Assembly: GCA_031256445.1 (NCBI GenBank)
Contig: JAIRQN010000107.1
Location: 10,401 to 74,400 of the forward strand
DNA: 64,000 nt
Direction: 5' to 3'
Source: Treponema sp.
GTDB taxonomy: Bacteria; Spirochaetota; Spirochaetia; Treponematales; Breznakiellaceae
Below the pieces are notes generated by a model. That model did not search any database. It saw nothing but the letters and a program-made list of their open reading frames with translations, and was not told where the DNA came from. Within the stretch, counting starts at the first letter, position 1. The number at the start of each line of letters is the position of its first letter. Positions 44,426 through 54,676 of the stretch are shown in pieces. Position numbers and translations under genes: made by a program.

Positions 44426-47317
44426 TCATTTAACGTAGAAACTTTCTGGCGGGCCAAGGTAACTGGCCGGCGGCTGATTGCCTTTTCTGTATATTAAAAT
44501 CCGTTCAAGCACAAGGCCGGCTTCCATAGCGCCGATTGAAATTTCCTGAACGCCTTTTTCCAGTTTAAATTCCGTTTTGCAGACGCGGATATTGTCAAGT
44601 ACGCCCCTGCACCATTCTTTGTGGCCGGGGTGCCCTGCCCTGAAGCCGGTATCAACGGCGGTGATAACCTGTTCATTTGCGGCGCATCCAGCAGGAGCGG
44701 CGCATACTGAAAGCGTAAAACGCAGCGGACGCTTGTTCTGCACTGAATTTACAGGGGTAGTCCATACTTCCGCGGTATAACTGCCGGGTTCGTCAATTAA
44801 AAAACGGTAAGAAAGAACCGGCTTTTCAGCGTTAACCGCGCCGGAATCTCCGGAAAAATCCGCGGTAACCGGAAAGACCTTCATGCCGCAGCCGCTTCTG
44901 CCGTAATTTTTCAGCTCGGTAAACCTGCCCGCCAGAACGTCCTTTTTCGCGCAGAAATGATTCGCCTGTATGGCTATTACTCCGTCGTTTTCCAAAAATG
45001 TCATGGAAGGCAGATTTTGCGTATTAACAGTTTTTGCTTTAATTTCAGCGGCTACCACGGTTTCGCCGTCTTTAATCAATAAACGCGCTGTTTGTATTTC
45101 ACCTGACAATTTTTGCCTGTTGCAGCCAATAATTATTTCTTCCTGAGATTCTACAGTTCCTTTCCGGGAACTGATTTCAAGCCAGTCATATTCGTCCTTT
45201 GCTTCTATTGTGTAATTAATGGCGCCAATTCCGTCGTTTGCGATTTCCAGGATTACGGAATTTACTCCCTCGTAAAGGAAATCGTTGATTATAATCGTTT
45301 CCGGGTTTCCGTATGTTTTGGAGTAAATTCTCTCACTGTCCCTGCGCGAAACAACCATGCGCGGCTTATGGGCCGGTTCCACCTGTATCCTCAGAGGATA
45401 CCTGCAGTTATCATCGTTCCATTTGACAAATCCGATATGCTGTTCAAGTTCCATGCCTTTCCATTTTCCGCTTTTAAACAGCGCGAATTCTTCACATAAC
45501 GCACGGTCTTCTTCGATGCACTTTGTAACAAGAGCGGCGTAATCGTTCGCGGTTTTTTTTCCCTGATTCGCGCAGTGAATATTTTTGCCCGCGTATAGAT
45601 TCATCTTGAGCAGGTTGACGCTCATTTTCGCGGGGATGTATATCATGCTGTAATAGGCGTCTTTTTCATTTCCCGAAAGGGCGGAGTAAACCTGTTCGTT
45701 CAGTTTTTCCGTTTCGGCGGCGGCGCTTGACATTCTGTCTGCTTCCAGATAATGGCAGGGATGATAAATGCCCGCGTTGAGCGCTTCCGGCCTCCGCATC
45801 GCGTTCATTCTTATGTATCCGTGAAAAACACGCGCCGCCTTTTCGCGTAACGCGACGTCGGCGCCGAAAGCGGCGGGGAATGTCTTTTTCAGCCAAATTG
45901 ATGTGTACTCGTCAATACTGTTGGGCGAGCCGGTTCCCCATTTTTCAAAGTCATAGGCAAGTTCCATAAAATAGGCAAGCGGCGCTTCCTGGAATTTCAA
46001 ATCTCCGACATTGACAATCCATATATCCCTTACTCCGTAATCGTATGCCATGCACATCTGTTCCCATGTCCTCTCAAAAGAAGTTGACGGCATCCACTCG
46101 TAGGAAACAGGCCCTCCGTGATAATCAAAATGGTAATACATGCCAAAGCCGCCCCTGTGACCGCGGATTTCCCGCGAGGGAAGCGTTCTCATAAAACCGA
46201 AATTGTCTTCGCATAGCATACAGATAACGCCGTCCAGCTCGTCCCAGTCCTTTAACCCGGCAGTCTGCCCGCTGCCGTAGAAATATTCCTCCACTTCCTT
46301 GTACAAGGCCAGAACCTGCGGAACGCTGTCTATATCCGCATTAACATGTTTTTTTATAAGTTCCCTCTGGTTTTTTATTATGTCTTTTAACAGTTCAATG
46401 TTGTCTTTTAATGACGCGTTCTCTCCATGCATGGAACTGTCATATTCTCCGCGCATTCCTATTGTGATGATTTTTTCGTATTTGCCGCTTCTTATAAGAG
46501 CGTCTTCCCAGTATTTTAAAAGTCCTTCTTTATTGACATAGTAGTTCCAGGCATTGCCGTATTCGGAAGACGGTCCTTTTACTTTCGCCCATTCTTCGCT
46601 TGCTCGAAGGCACGGTTCATGATGCGACGAGCCGATTACTATTCCGTAAATATCAGCGAGTTCTTCGTTAAGGTTTCCCGGCCCGTCCAGCGCGAAAGAA
46701 GACGACCACATCGCCGGCCACAGGTAATTGCCTTTAAGACGCAGCAGCAGCTCAAAAACATGATCGTACATTTTAGCGTTAAAGCCGCCGAAATGATCGA
46801 ATGCCCAGTTTCCAAAGCAGGGCCATTCATCGTTTATAAAGAAGCCCCGGTATTTCACGCTTGGTTCCCTGGACACAGTTTCTATCGCGCAGGCGATCTC
46901 TATTTTTTCCCTGCGTTCAGGTTCAGCGTCGCCCCAGAAGTGAAGGGGGGACACTCCGATATATTCCGACAGGGCGAACATTCCGTATATTGTTCCGCGT
47001 TTATCGCTTCCGCAGATTAAAAGGATTTTTGCCGCTGCGTTAAAAGCGCCGTCTATCAGTTTTATCTGATATACTTCCCTCCTGCCGCTGATTGCGGACG
47101 GGTCAAATCTGCCTTCGGCTACCAGTTTTTCTGTTAACGGGCTTTTTCCCAATGTCGCGAAAATTACCGCTATATCGCAATCAGCGGCATTTGGAAATGA
47201 TTCTGTTATTTGCGGAAGAACGCCGTCTGCCTTTTCAAAATCCGCCGCGACTTTAACCGCGATTCTTTTTACGCCTTCAAACGCTTCGTTTTCTACAGTA
47301 AAAATAAATTTGCTCAT
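44426..47317 (-). CDS. Glycoside hydrolase family 115 (xylan alpha-glucuronidase-like)
   Basis: RGTIYGMFALSEYIGVSPLHFWGD and KYRGFFINDEWP resemble conserved GH115 blocks. The size (963 aa) fits the family. Confidence 0.8.
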   Translation of the reverse strand: MSKFIFTVENEAFEGVKRIAVKVAADFEKADGVLPQITESFPNAADCDIAVIFATLGKSPLTEKLVAEGRFDPSAISGRREVYQIKLIDGAFNAAAKILLICGSDKRGTIYGMFALSEYIGVSPLHFWGDAEPERREKIEIACAIETVSREPSVKYRGFFINDEWPCFGNWAFDHFGGFNAKMYDHVFELLLRLKGNYLWPAMWSSSFALDGPGNLNEELADIYGIVIGSSHHEPCLRASEEWAKVKGPSSEYGNAWNYYVNKEGLLKYWEDALIRSGKYEKIITIGMRGEYDSSMHGENASLKDNIELLKDIIKNQRELIKKHVNADIDSVPQVLALYKEVEEYFYGSGQTAGLKDWDELDGVICMLCEDNFGFMRTLPSREIRGHRGGFGMYYHFDYHGGPVSYEWMPSTSFERTWEQMCMAYDYGVRDIWIVNVGDLKFQEAPLAYFMELAYDFEKWGTGSPNSIDEYTSIWLKKTFPAAFGADVALREKAARVFHGYIRMNAMRRPEALNAGIYHPCHYLEADRMSSAAAETEKLNEQVYSALSGNEKDAYYSMIYIPAKMSVNLLKMNLYAGKNIHCANQGKKTANDYAALVTKCIEEDRALCEEFALFKSGKWKGMELEQHIGFVKWNDDNCRYPLRIQVEPAHKPRMVVSRRDSERIYSKTYGNPETIIINDFLYEGVNSVILEIANDGIGAINYTIEAKDEYDWLEISSRKGTVESQEEIIIGCNRQKLSGEIQTARLLIKDGETVVAAEIKAKTVNTQNLPSMTFLENDGVIAIQANHFCAKKDVLAGRFTELKNYGRSGCGMKVFPVTADFSGDSGAVNAEKPVLSYRFLIDEPGSYTAEVWTTPVNSVQNKRPLRFTLSVCAAPAGCAANEQVITAVDTGFRAGHPGHKEWCRGVLDNIRVCKTEFKLEKGVQEISIGAMEAGLVLERILIYRKGNQPPASYLGPPESFYVK

Positions 47318-47386
47318 ATAAATTCCTTTGAATCAAGTATACAGTAATTCATTTATTATTTATACTGAACCGGCAGGAGTATTAAA

Positions 47387-47917
47387 ATGAGTATTAAAAA
47401 CACGCCGAAGAAAAAAGGATTCCTCGTGCGGAATTTACGGAATTTTTTTGAACACAGGGCTTTGTGGCTGTACTTTTTATATGACGAAGCCCGCAAATCG
47501 GGAGTTAAGCCCGAAAGTTATACGCCGGCCGCGATACGCCGCTGCGGAGTCTATCATGGCATGAGGGCCCTTACGGGAACGGACGCCGCCGTTCAGCCGC
47601 CGGCAGTTAAAGAAGGACATAAAGGCGGAAGCTGCCGTCTTCTGCGTAAAAAATTATTTCCGTCCGCAGGCAAGGCGATCTTTGAAATGAAATTTCTTGA
47701 ACTGGACGATGATAATTTCAGCGTTGATTTTCATTACTGTCCTCTTGTAACCGCCTGGCAGAAACAGGGCTGCGCCGATGAGGAAATTGACAGACTCTGC
47801 GACTGGGCAATGGAGGGAGACCGCGGAATAGCCGAAGCCTTTGGCTGCAAACTGGAATTAAATAAAACAATAGCCAAAGGAGACGGAGTGTGCGAGATCA
47901 GAATTAAACGGAAATAA
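47387..47917 (+). CDS. ATC-hydrolase-family (L-2-amino-thiazoline-4-carboxylate hydrolase-like) protein
   Basis: FHYCPLVTAWQKQGC..EEIDRLCDWAMEGDRGIAEAFG...IAKGDGVCEIRI resembles this family. Recognised from memory only. Confidence 0.45.
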   Translation: MSIKNTPKKKGFLVRNLRNFFEHRALWLYFLYDEARKSGVKPESYTPAAIRRCGVYHGMRALTGTDAAVQPPAVKEGHKGGSCRLLRKKLFPSAGKAIFEMKFLELDDDNFSVDFHYCPLVTAWQKQGCADEEIDRLCDWAMEGDRGIAEAFGCKLELNKTIAKGDGVCEIRIKRK

Positions 47918-47920
47918 GGG

Positions 47921-48982
47921 TCAAAGAATTCTTTTTAAAAAATGAGCCGGAGGTTCCCATGCCCTGTCTCCATAACCTCCGCTTTGAATCCACGCGGAGG
48001 GAATGTTCCGTTCCCGCAGATACCGGTAAACAAGAATGTCCCTCTCAATACATTGATCCAAGGTTAAGCGAAGCAGGCTTGTGGAAGGAAGTCCGTCATG
48101 TTCATAAGGATCGGCGCCGTCTACAACAATCGCGAAGTCAGGGGTTTTGCCGCTGATTTTTTCCAGTTGCCTGATACCCAGCGAAAGCCGCTGTGCGTAA
48201 AACGCTTCCTCTCCCGCGCCGATGCCTATGTCAACGCAGGAAGGCAGAAGCGGCGCGCGGCCTTCTTCTGCTGACGCGATGCTTTCGCTGTCCAGAGGCC
48301 ATCCGTTTGCCATGTGGATTGACAGGGTAAAGATACGCTCTTTCTCCCCCGCGAAACTGACAATTTCCGCTGTGCCGTCTCCCTTGTGCGCGTCCATGTC
48401 AATGATCCAGATGCTGCGTATTTCATGGGATAGGCAGGCGTTTTTTTCATTCAGTAACATGAATGCAGCTATCGCGATATCGTTAATCAGGCAAAAGCCG
48501 GAAGGAGAGTCGAAACGGGCATGATGCATTCCGCCTCCCAGATAATAGCAAAAGCCTGTGTCTGACAGGGCGAGCAAACACGCAAGATACGTTCCTCCCG
48601 CCTGCGCGGTTAAAATCTGAAACATATCAGATAACGGTCTTGCCGCGCGATCCGGCTCATACCGGTAAGGCCTGCCCTGGCTGTCAATCAGTTCGTATGT
48701 TTTTAAAAGCGCGTCTGTAAGCCCGTCTCCGTAAAGAGCGGCAATATATTTTTTACTGTGAACGCGCTCCATATCGGCGCGGCTGATTATCTGTCCTTCC
48801 AGTCCATGACGCGTCATTGCGGAAGAAAAATCCAGCACGTTATGCGCATTGCCCGGACTCGTGTTATTAACGCGCGCGCTGTTTAAAAATTCCAGTACGC
48901 GTTTTCCCCTGTCCGCGGGAATTGGAAGCATAATGCCGAAATCACTGTAGTTAACGATTACGGCAGGATCGTGGAGAATCAT
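47921..48982 (-). CDS. Histone deacetylase/acetoin-utilisation (HDAC/AcuC) family deacetylase
   Basis: GGGMHHARFDSPSGFCLINDIAIAA and IIDMDAHKGDGT (zinc and active-site motifs). Confidence 0.8.
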   Translation of the reverse strand: MILHDPAVIVNYSDFGIMLPIPADRGKRVLEFLNSARVNNTSPGNAHNVLDFSSAMTRHGLEGQIISRADMERVHSKKYIAALYGDGLTDALLKTYELIDSQGRPYRYEPDRAARPLSDMFQILTAQAGGTYLACLLALSDTGFCYYLGGGMHHARFDSPSGFCLINDIAIAAFMLLNEKNACLSHEIRSIWIIDMDAHKGDGTAEIVSFAGEKERIFTLSIHMANGWPLDSESIASAEEGRAPLLPSCVDIGIGAGEEAFYAQRLSLGIRQLEKISGKTPDFAIVVDGADPYEHDGLPSTSLLRLTLDQCIERDILVYRYLRERNIPSAWIQSGGYGDRAWEPPAHFLKRIL

Positions 48983-48988
48983 GATCTG

Positions 48989-50368
48989 TTAAAACGCATA
49001 CGATATGGAAAGTTTCAGAAAATGGTTGTCCTTGTATTGGCCAAGCTGTCCTTTTTCGTCTCCCATAAAAAAACCGCCGGAAAAGGCAATGCGGACATCG
49101 TCATTTGTCCAGATAAGGGCCGGCATAACAGCGCAATCGCCGTCTTCGATACCCCAAACAACCGCGGCGCGCAGTTCCAGCGTGTCGCGCAGGAATCTTT
49201 TGGTAATCGTCGATGTCAGCCTGGTCGCCGTCAGCGGCATTCCGTCTTCAATGTCAAACCGGCCTGTAAATAAATTTGTGCCGCCGACCTTATCGTTCAG
49301 CAGGCGTATTGTTTCGTTTACCTGAAGATTTAAATTGATTCCCATGAATAAATCGCGGTCGAACCCCAAAGACCAGGCTAAAGACGGATTATAAACAGAA
49401 CCGTCATCGCCTTTTAAATCCTCTGTTATGTTAGCTGCAAACTCAGCCCTGACGTTGAAACCCAGCAGCACCTGCGCGTAATCAAGCCCTATCTGGTGGT
49501 AAGGGTTGTACAGGTACTGCGCTGAAGGAACAGGGAAAAAATTCAATTTTACCGAAGGCTGAAATAACCGCCCGTAGTAATACTGTACGCCGATATCCGA
49601 TGAGCCGATTGTCGTGGTAAAGCGAAGCCCTGTCTGCGCATAGTCAACTGTGCCAGTATCAGGCGCTGACGGCTCAAGGTCAAGGTCAATCTCAATTCCC
49701 GCCGTCATACTCATCGCCGCAGCCTGTTCAAGCAGTTTACGCTGAAAAGGCGCGGGTCCGGGCGCCCATCTGCCTTCGGCTGCAAAGCGCGCAGGCGTAA
49801 AATTGGGAACGAACACCGCTTCTATTTTTGAGTACTTGCCGAAGCGCAGCGCCGCGTGAACAAGCGGACGCGCGATTTTAGCGCCCATCAGGCTGATGTT
49901 ATCCGCCATTTCCGTGAAAATTTCCGAGGAATCAAGCGGGTTAATCACGTCAAGAGGGCCGAAACTGTCGGCTTTGCCCCATGTCAGTTTCCTCAGTCCC
50001 GCTTCAATGTCAAATTTGCCGAAAAACGCGTGAAGATAAGCTTCGTCCGCCTGTACCGGAGATTCATCGGGGCTTATATTCAAATTGATAACGCCTTCCG
50101 CAAAGGATGATTTCGCTGAAAAATTCAGACTCCCGGCGAAAAAATCACCTAACGTCACATGATCCGCGCCGTCAGAAAAATCCATAATATAACCCGTAAC
50201 GGAAGTTGAGATTTCCCCCTCTATGGATACTTTAAGCGCGCCTGCGCTGCCGCCTGAGATCTCTGTATCCGCTTCGTCAAACCCGAAGCTCTGCGCGTCC
50301 AGCTTCTGTCCCCGCGCCCCGCCGCTTGTAATTATTAAAATTAAAAATATTATTAATGCCTTTTTCAA
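48989..50368 (-). CDS. Outer-membrane beta-barrel protein (exporter-associated)
   Basis: Signal peptide, alternating beta-strand pattern, GLRKLTWGKADSFGPLDVINP block, and terminal aromatic residue (ISYAF). Confidence 0.55.
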   Translation of the reverse strand: MKKALIIFLILIITSGGARGQKLDAQSFGFDEADTEISGGSAGALKVSIEGEISTSVTGYIMDFSDGADHVTLGDFFAGSLNFSAKSSFAEGVINLNISPDESPVQADEAYLHAFFGKFDIEAGLRKLTWGKADSFGPLDVINPLDSSEIFTEMADNISLMGAKIARPLVHAALRFGKYSKIEAVFVPNFTPARFAAEGRWAPGPAPFQRKLLEQAAAMSMTAGIEIDLDLEPSAPDTGTVDYAQTGLRFTTTIGSSDIGVQYYYGRLFQPSVKLNFFPVPSAQYLYNPYHQIGLDYAQVLLGFNVRAEFAANITEDLKGDDGSVYNPSLAWSLGFDRDLFMGINLNLQVNETIRLLNDKVGGTNLFTGRFDIEDGMPLTATRLTSTITKRFLRDTLELRAAVVWGIEDGDCAVMPALIWTNDDVRIAFSGGFFMGDEKGQLGQYKDNHFLKLSISYAF

Positions 50369-50444
50369 ATTAATCTCCTTTTAAAATCAATACGCTAATA
50401 TTTCAGGTAACAAAAACTGTTAACTGCAAACTGGTCGCTGCACA

Positions 50445-51233
50445 CTATCTGACCCTTCCCGTTTCAAGATACGCTGTTGTAAAAACACCTTCCGGTATCT
50501 GATCATTGTACTTCATAATTTCCATATAAATTGTTGTTGATGTTCCGGCGTTCACTGTTGAAATCTTTGTCAGCATCGGCGTTATATGTCCCTGTACGTC
50601 CCTGAAATCCGACATTTCCATTAATTTTACAAGTTCTCCCCGGCGGTTGTACATTTCGGATTTGTAAATTAAATAGTTTAACTTGTCCACCCATGATATT
50701 GTTTTGGAATACTGAAATGAACTGTCCCTGGGAACCGACTGGATGACATGGCAGGATCTGCCGTTCACAGGTTCTTCGCGTAACATTGTGTGGGTATCCT
50801 GCGAAACATCCCTCTCCATGGACGAGATGTCGTCATATGAAAAATCCGTTCCCATAAAACTGCCGCCGCTCTCTGACGCCGCAATCCGCCGCACTCTGCC
50901 GAGTTCCGGCAGGAATATCCAGCGATCCGAACCGCCGGACGCGTTGTCCATTGTTAAAAATCTTGTTCCCGCTACATTGGCCGGACGCTGGAATATAATT
51001 ACAGTACGCGCTCCGTTGGGGCCGTCTTTTGAATATTGATCAATTAGCCTCTCCGATGTGTTTCCGTCTTTCGCGGTAATCACCATCCTGGAGCGTGAAG
51101 AAATGGTATCAGTCTTTACCCTGTTTCTCGCGGAATACATTACAGATTGCGCCGTTCCTGAATCCCCGCCTTCCTGCGCTCCCAAAAAACCGGCGGCTGC
51201 CAGAATGATTAAAACCGAATAAAAATATTTCAT
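50445..51233 (-). CDS. Outer-membrane lipoprotein-sorting (LolA-like) protein
   Basis: Signal peptide. DRWIFLPELGRVRRIAASESGGSFMGTDFSYDDIS matches the LolA_like family core as I remember it. Confidence 0.7.
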   Translation of the reverse strand: MKYFYSVLIILAAAGFLGAQEGGDSGTAQSVMYSARNRVKTDTISSRSRMVITAKDGNTSERLIDQYSKDGPNGARTVIIFQRPANVAGTRFLTMDNASGGSDRWIFLPELGRVRRIAASESGGSFMGTDFSYDDISSMERDVSQDTHTMLREEPVNGRSCHVIQSVPRDSSFQYSKTISWVDKLNYLIYKSEMYNRRGELVKLMEMSDFRDVQGHITPMLTKISTVNAGTSTTIYMEIMKYNDQIPEGVFTTAYLETGRVR

Positions 51234-53902
51234 GTAATACTCCTTTTACTGCCATAAACGAACTTTGGCCTTATTAACATCAGCAAAGCCGGTATAACAG
51301 TAAGACTCACCAGCGTAGTCAGTACCATGCTGAATGCTACGATCATACCAAATTCTGAAATTATTTTAAAGCGCGATAACGCAAGCACTCCAAAACCGGC
51401 TCCAACGGAAATTGCCGTAACGCAAATCGCCCTGCCGCACGCGTTAAATGTCCTGCGAAGGGAATTTTCTTCCCCTTCCCTGTATTCGCGCTTGAAAAAC
51501 TCAATGAAATGAATTGCGTCGTCAATTCCTATGCATACTGTAAGGCTCGCTATAAGAACAGTCCCAAGATTCAGTTTAATGCCGAAAAATCCCATTATTA
51601 TAAAGTTGCAAAGAACTGCGAGTATCAGCGGGAACGCTCCTATGATTCCGGCGATTATTGATTTATGCGCGAATGCCATAATCAGGAAGATCGTAAGCAC
51701 AGATATGAATATTGATATTATCTGGGAATTAATTATCAGGCCTGTTACTGCCATTTCCTGCGTTGCGCTTCCTCCTATCAATACGCTCGTGTTTTCGGGA
51801 AAATTAGCGTCAATAAAATTGTTGATTTCATCAATTACCGCCTGAATATCATTGTTGCCTGTCGCGCGAAGCTGAATTAACATTCTGATCGCCGTAGGTT
51901 CCAGAGGATCATTTGAATAACCTGAATCTTCGTCACCGGCAAGCAGAACAAGATAATTCGCGATCAGCCGCTGAAGGTCTTCGGGAGTTTTTTTTGCGTA
52001 ACGCGCGGGATATTCCGGTATTTCGTAATACGCCATGCCGTCATAATTGGTGTGCCGTTTCAGCTCACGCACAATATCGCTGCCGCTGGATTTTCCCGAG
52101 ATGCCGCCGGCGCTGTCAAGGATTTCAAGAATATCCGACGTTTTGTACTGATTAAGGCTGAAACGGTTTTCCGGTTCTGTTATTTCCGCCGGATCTGCCG
52201 CCGGATCTGCTGCCCTTGCGTAAGACGCGGTTTCGGCAAAACCAAAACCGCCGAAGCCGAAATCTCCTGTATCGCCGAAAACAATGCTGTCAGTGTTATC
52301 TGACACGGCGCTCCGCAGTCCTTCTGGGTTCTGATCGACATTAAACACCTGATTGATTCGCTTGATAATATCCGTAAAACCGGCGGTTTTGCCGACATCA
52401 GGAACCCAGTCTGTAAGATACGCGGACAGCCTGTCAATTGCGCATAATACATCGGGGTGGAGCAGTTCTTCGGTTGTGCCGCAGCGGATAACCAGGTTTA
52501 GTTCCTTTGAGCCTGCAAACTGCTCGCGGATAAACCTGTCCGAGCGGCTGATGTCAGTCTCATTTCTGAAAAATTCCACAACAGAATTGTCCACGCTTAT
52601 TCTGGAAATTCCGTACAGTGAAACAATTATTATTATCAGCGCCATCACAAGCACGAGGATTTTTTTTTGCGCGATGCTCAGGAAAATATCCGCGACTATA
52701 TTGGTAAAACGGTCGTTATGCGCGTTTTCGGAATGTTCTTCGGCGCTTAATGAAGGATAAATTCTGGAATAGCGAAGAAGTAATACGGAAGGAATAAACA
52801 GTATTGCCATTATATAGACAGAAACAACGCCTGCGCTGGCGCATACTCCGAATTCCCTCATCGGGATAATCGGTGTAAAACAAAATGAAATAAAACCTGT
52901 TATTGTTGTAACCGCCGCAAGCGATACCGGTTTAATCATTTTCCTCATCAGCTCAAAAACAATCTGCCGGTGTTCCTCTATCGATAATATTCTGCCGCCG
53001 GTGTCTTTGGCGTAATGGGTTACAATATGAACGCCGTAAGCGTGGCCGACCGCCACCAGAATTACCGGAAGGATTGTTGTTATAATTGAAAGTCTCAGTC
53101 CCGCAAGAGACGCAAGACCGATAGTCCAGACAACAGCGATTAAAACTGTTAAAAGCGGCAAAGCGACAAAAACCATTCGCATCCTGCGGGCGCTGCGCCT
53201 GAACGAGAAATACAGCATTCCGAGCACCACAATTACGACAAGCGGTATCAGAAGAAGATTATCCGCGATGATAGATTCATTAATGGTCGCGTTCATAATC
53301 GGCTGGCCTGTAAAATATATTTCCGCTTCTCCTGTAAAAATTTCTGCGGCAATTTCCCTTATTTTCCTGATGGTTTTCGCTACTTCCGGACGGCCGGAGT
53401 CAGCTGTCATTACATCCAGAGTGATAAGTATCTGCGTGGAAGAAAGATCGGCGGAAACAAGAGAATCGCGGAATAAATCCCAGGAGGCGATACGCCGTTT
53501 CAGTTCATCAATCTCTTCATGGGTTCCGCCGAAATTTTCAGGCACAAGGTCGGAAACTATGACGCTCTGCGCGTCTCCTGTTATGTATTGAGTTGACATA
53601 ATCGAATTGACTGATTTTACAAACGGAACGGCTTCAACCGACTGCGAATATTCCCGGATCTTTGCCAGAAAATTTTTATCGAAAATTGTTCTGTACGGAC
53701 GCTCAAGCCCTACAAGGATTATTAACTGCCCGCCGAATGTGTTATCGATATAATCCGATATTATTTTTGCCTTGTTTCTGTCCGGCAAAAAACGGATATT
53801 GTTATTGTCCAGCCGCACGCGGGGAAGCTGGAATCCCAGAAATACCGTAATTGCGATAATTATGCCGGCTATCAATGCCGGTTTTTTAAATAATTTTTCC
53901 AT
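51230..53902 (-). CDS. RND-superfamily exporter, MMPL/HAE3-type (12 TM, two large loops)
   Basis: Two repeated 6-TM bundles with SSD-like segments. ATG at 53902 (MEKLFKKPALIAG) is preferred over the TTG at 53932. Its stop overlaps the start of the LolA-like gene. Confidence 0.85.
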   Translation of the reverse strand: MEKLFKKPALIAGIIIAITVFLGFQLPRVRLDNNNIRFLPDRNKAKIISDYIDNTFGGQLIILVGLERPYRTIFDKNFLAKIREYSQSVEAVPFVKSVNSIMSTQYITGDAQSVIVSDLVPENFGGTHEEIDELKRRIASWDLFRDSLVSADLSSTQILITLDVMTADSGRPEVAKTIRKIREIAAEIFTGEAEIYFTGQPIMNATINESIIADNLLLIPLVVIVVLGMLYFSFRRSARRMRMVFVALPLLTVLIAVVWTIGLASLAGLRLSIITTILPVILVAVGHAYGVHIVTHYAKDTGGRILSIEEHRQIVFELMRKMIKPVSLAAVTTITGFISFCFTPIIPMREFGVCASAGVVSVYIMAILFIPSVLLLRYSRIYPSLSAEEHSENAHNDRFTNIVADIFLSIAQKKILVLVMALIIIIVSLYGISRISVDNSVVEFFRNETDISRSDRFIREQFAGSKELNLVIRCGTTEELLHPDVLCAIDRLSAYLTDWVPDVGKTAGFTDIIKRINQVFNVDQNPEGLRSAVSDNTDSIVFGDTGDFGFGGFGFAETASYARAADPAADPAEITEPENRFSLNQYKTSDILEILDSAGGISGKSSGSDIVRELKRHTNYDGMAYYEIPEYPARYAKKTPEDLQRLIANYLVLLAGDEDSGYSNDPLEPTAIRMLIQLRATGNNDIQAVIDEINNFIDANFPENTSVLIGGSATQEMAVTGLIINSQIISIFISVLTIFLIMAFAHKSIIAGIIGAFPLILAVLCNFIIMGFFGIKLNLGTVLIASLTVCIGIDDAIHFIEFFKREYREGEENSLRRTFNACGRAICVTAISVGAGFGVLALSRFKIISEFGMIVAFSMVLTTLVSLTVIPALLMLIRPKFVYGSKRSIT

Positions 53903-53951
53903 AATTGACTCTTTTGAAAAAGTATACAACACTATAAATTAAGCGCAACAT

Positions 53952-54001
53952 ACAGTTCATTTAAATATGTACTGTGCTGAACAGAACAGCCTGTTTTGTT
54001 C
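53952..54001. promoter_or_regulatory. Two palindromes in the exporter/TetR divergent intergenic region (candidate TetR operators)
   Basis: ACAGTTCATTTA|AATATGTACTGT at 53952-53975 (9/12 arm match) and GAACAGAACAG-c-CTGTTTTGTTC at 53979-54001 (10/11 arm match). Confidence 0.35.
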
Positions 54002-54044
54002 AATTCAGTATATTTTTCGGGAATTTGTAAAGGGAATCCTGATT

Positions 54045-54602
54045 ATGGAAAAAAACGAAAACCAGCACCGGAAAATCCGTTATTCAAAGATGGTATTGCG
54101 GGACAGCCTAATGGAGCTGATGAAAACCAAATCCATTCTGAGCATATCGATCAAGGATATCTGCCAGCTCGCCGATGTAAGCCGTTCAACTTTTTACGCT
54201 CATTATAAAGATCAGTACGATTTACTGCGGCAGGTAGAAGAGGAGACCCTTGATTATTTTGAGGATATGCTTAACAAGTACAGGGATATTCACAGCAAAA
54301 AAGAGACTACAAAGATGGTTGAAGAAATGCTGACCTATATTGCAAATAACAGAAATTCCATTCAGGTGCTGCTGAGCGAAAACGGCGACATCGGGTTTCA
54401 AAAGAAAATGTTTCAGCATTTTACCAATCATAATCAGATAAAAAGGTATTTATCGGAGAAACGGCAGGAAGATGAAGCCAGAGCTTTCTATTCAGTCTTC
54501 CTGGTGCACGGCGCTATCGGGCTTGTTCAGCACTGGTTAAAAAATGATCCTTCCATGCCGGTTCCCACGCTTGCCAAAATGCTTCTCAAGTGGACTGAAT
54601 GA
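54045..54602 (+). CDS. TetR/AcrR-family transcriptional regulator
   Basis: ATG at 54045 (MEKNENQHRK). HTH segment SIKDICQLADVSRSTFYAHYKDQYDLL. Confidence 0.85.
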   Translation: MEKNENQHRKIRYSKMVLRDSLMELMKTKSILSISIKDICQLADVSRSTFYAHYKDQYDLLRQVEEETLDYFEDMLNKYRDIHSKKETTKMVEEMLTYIANNRNSIQVLLSENGDIGFQKKMFQHFTNHNQIKRYLSEKRQEDEARAFYSVFLVHGAIGLVQHWLKNDPSMPVPTLAKMLLKWTE

Positions 54603-54676
54603 TTTATAAATTATTTACGAATCGTTAAAAAAGAGTTATAATATTTATATATAAATACTCGCTTTTTGGAGGAAAA

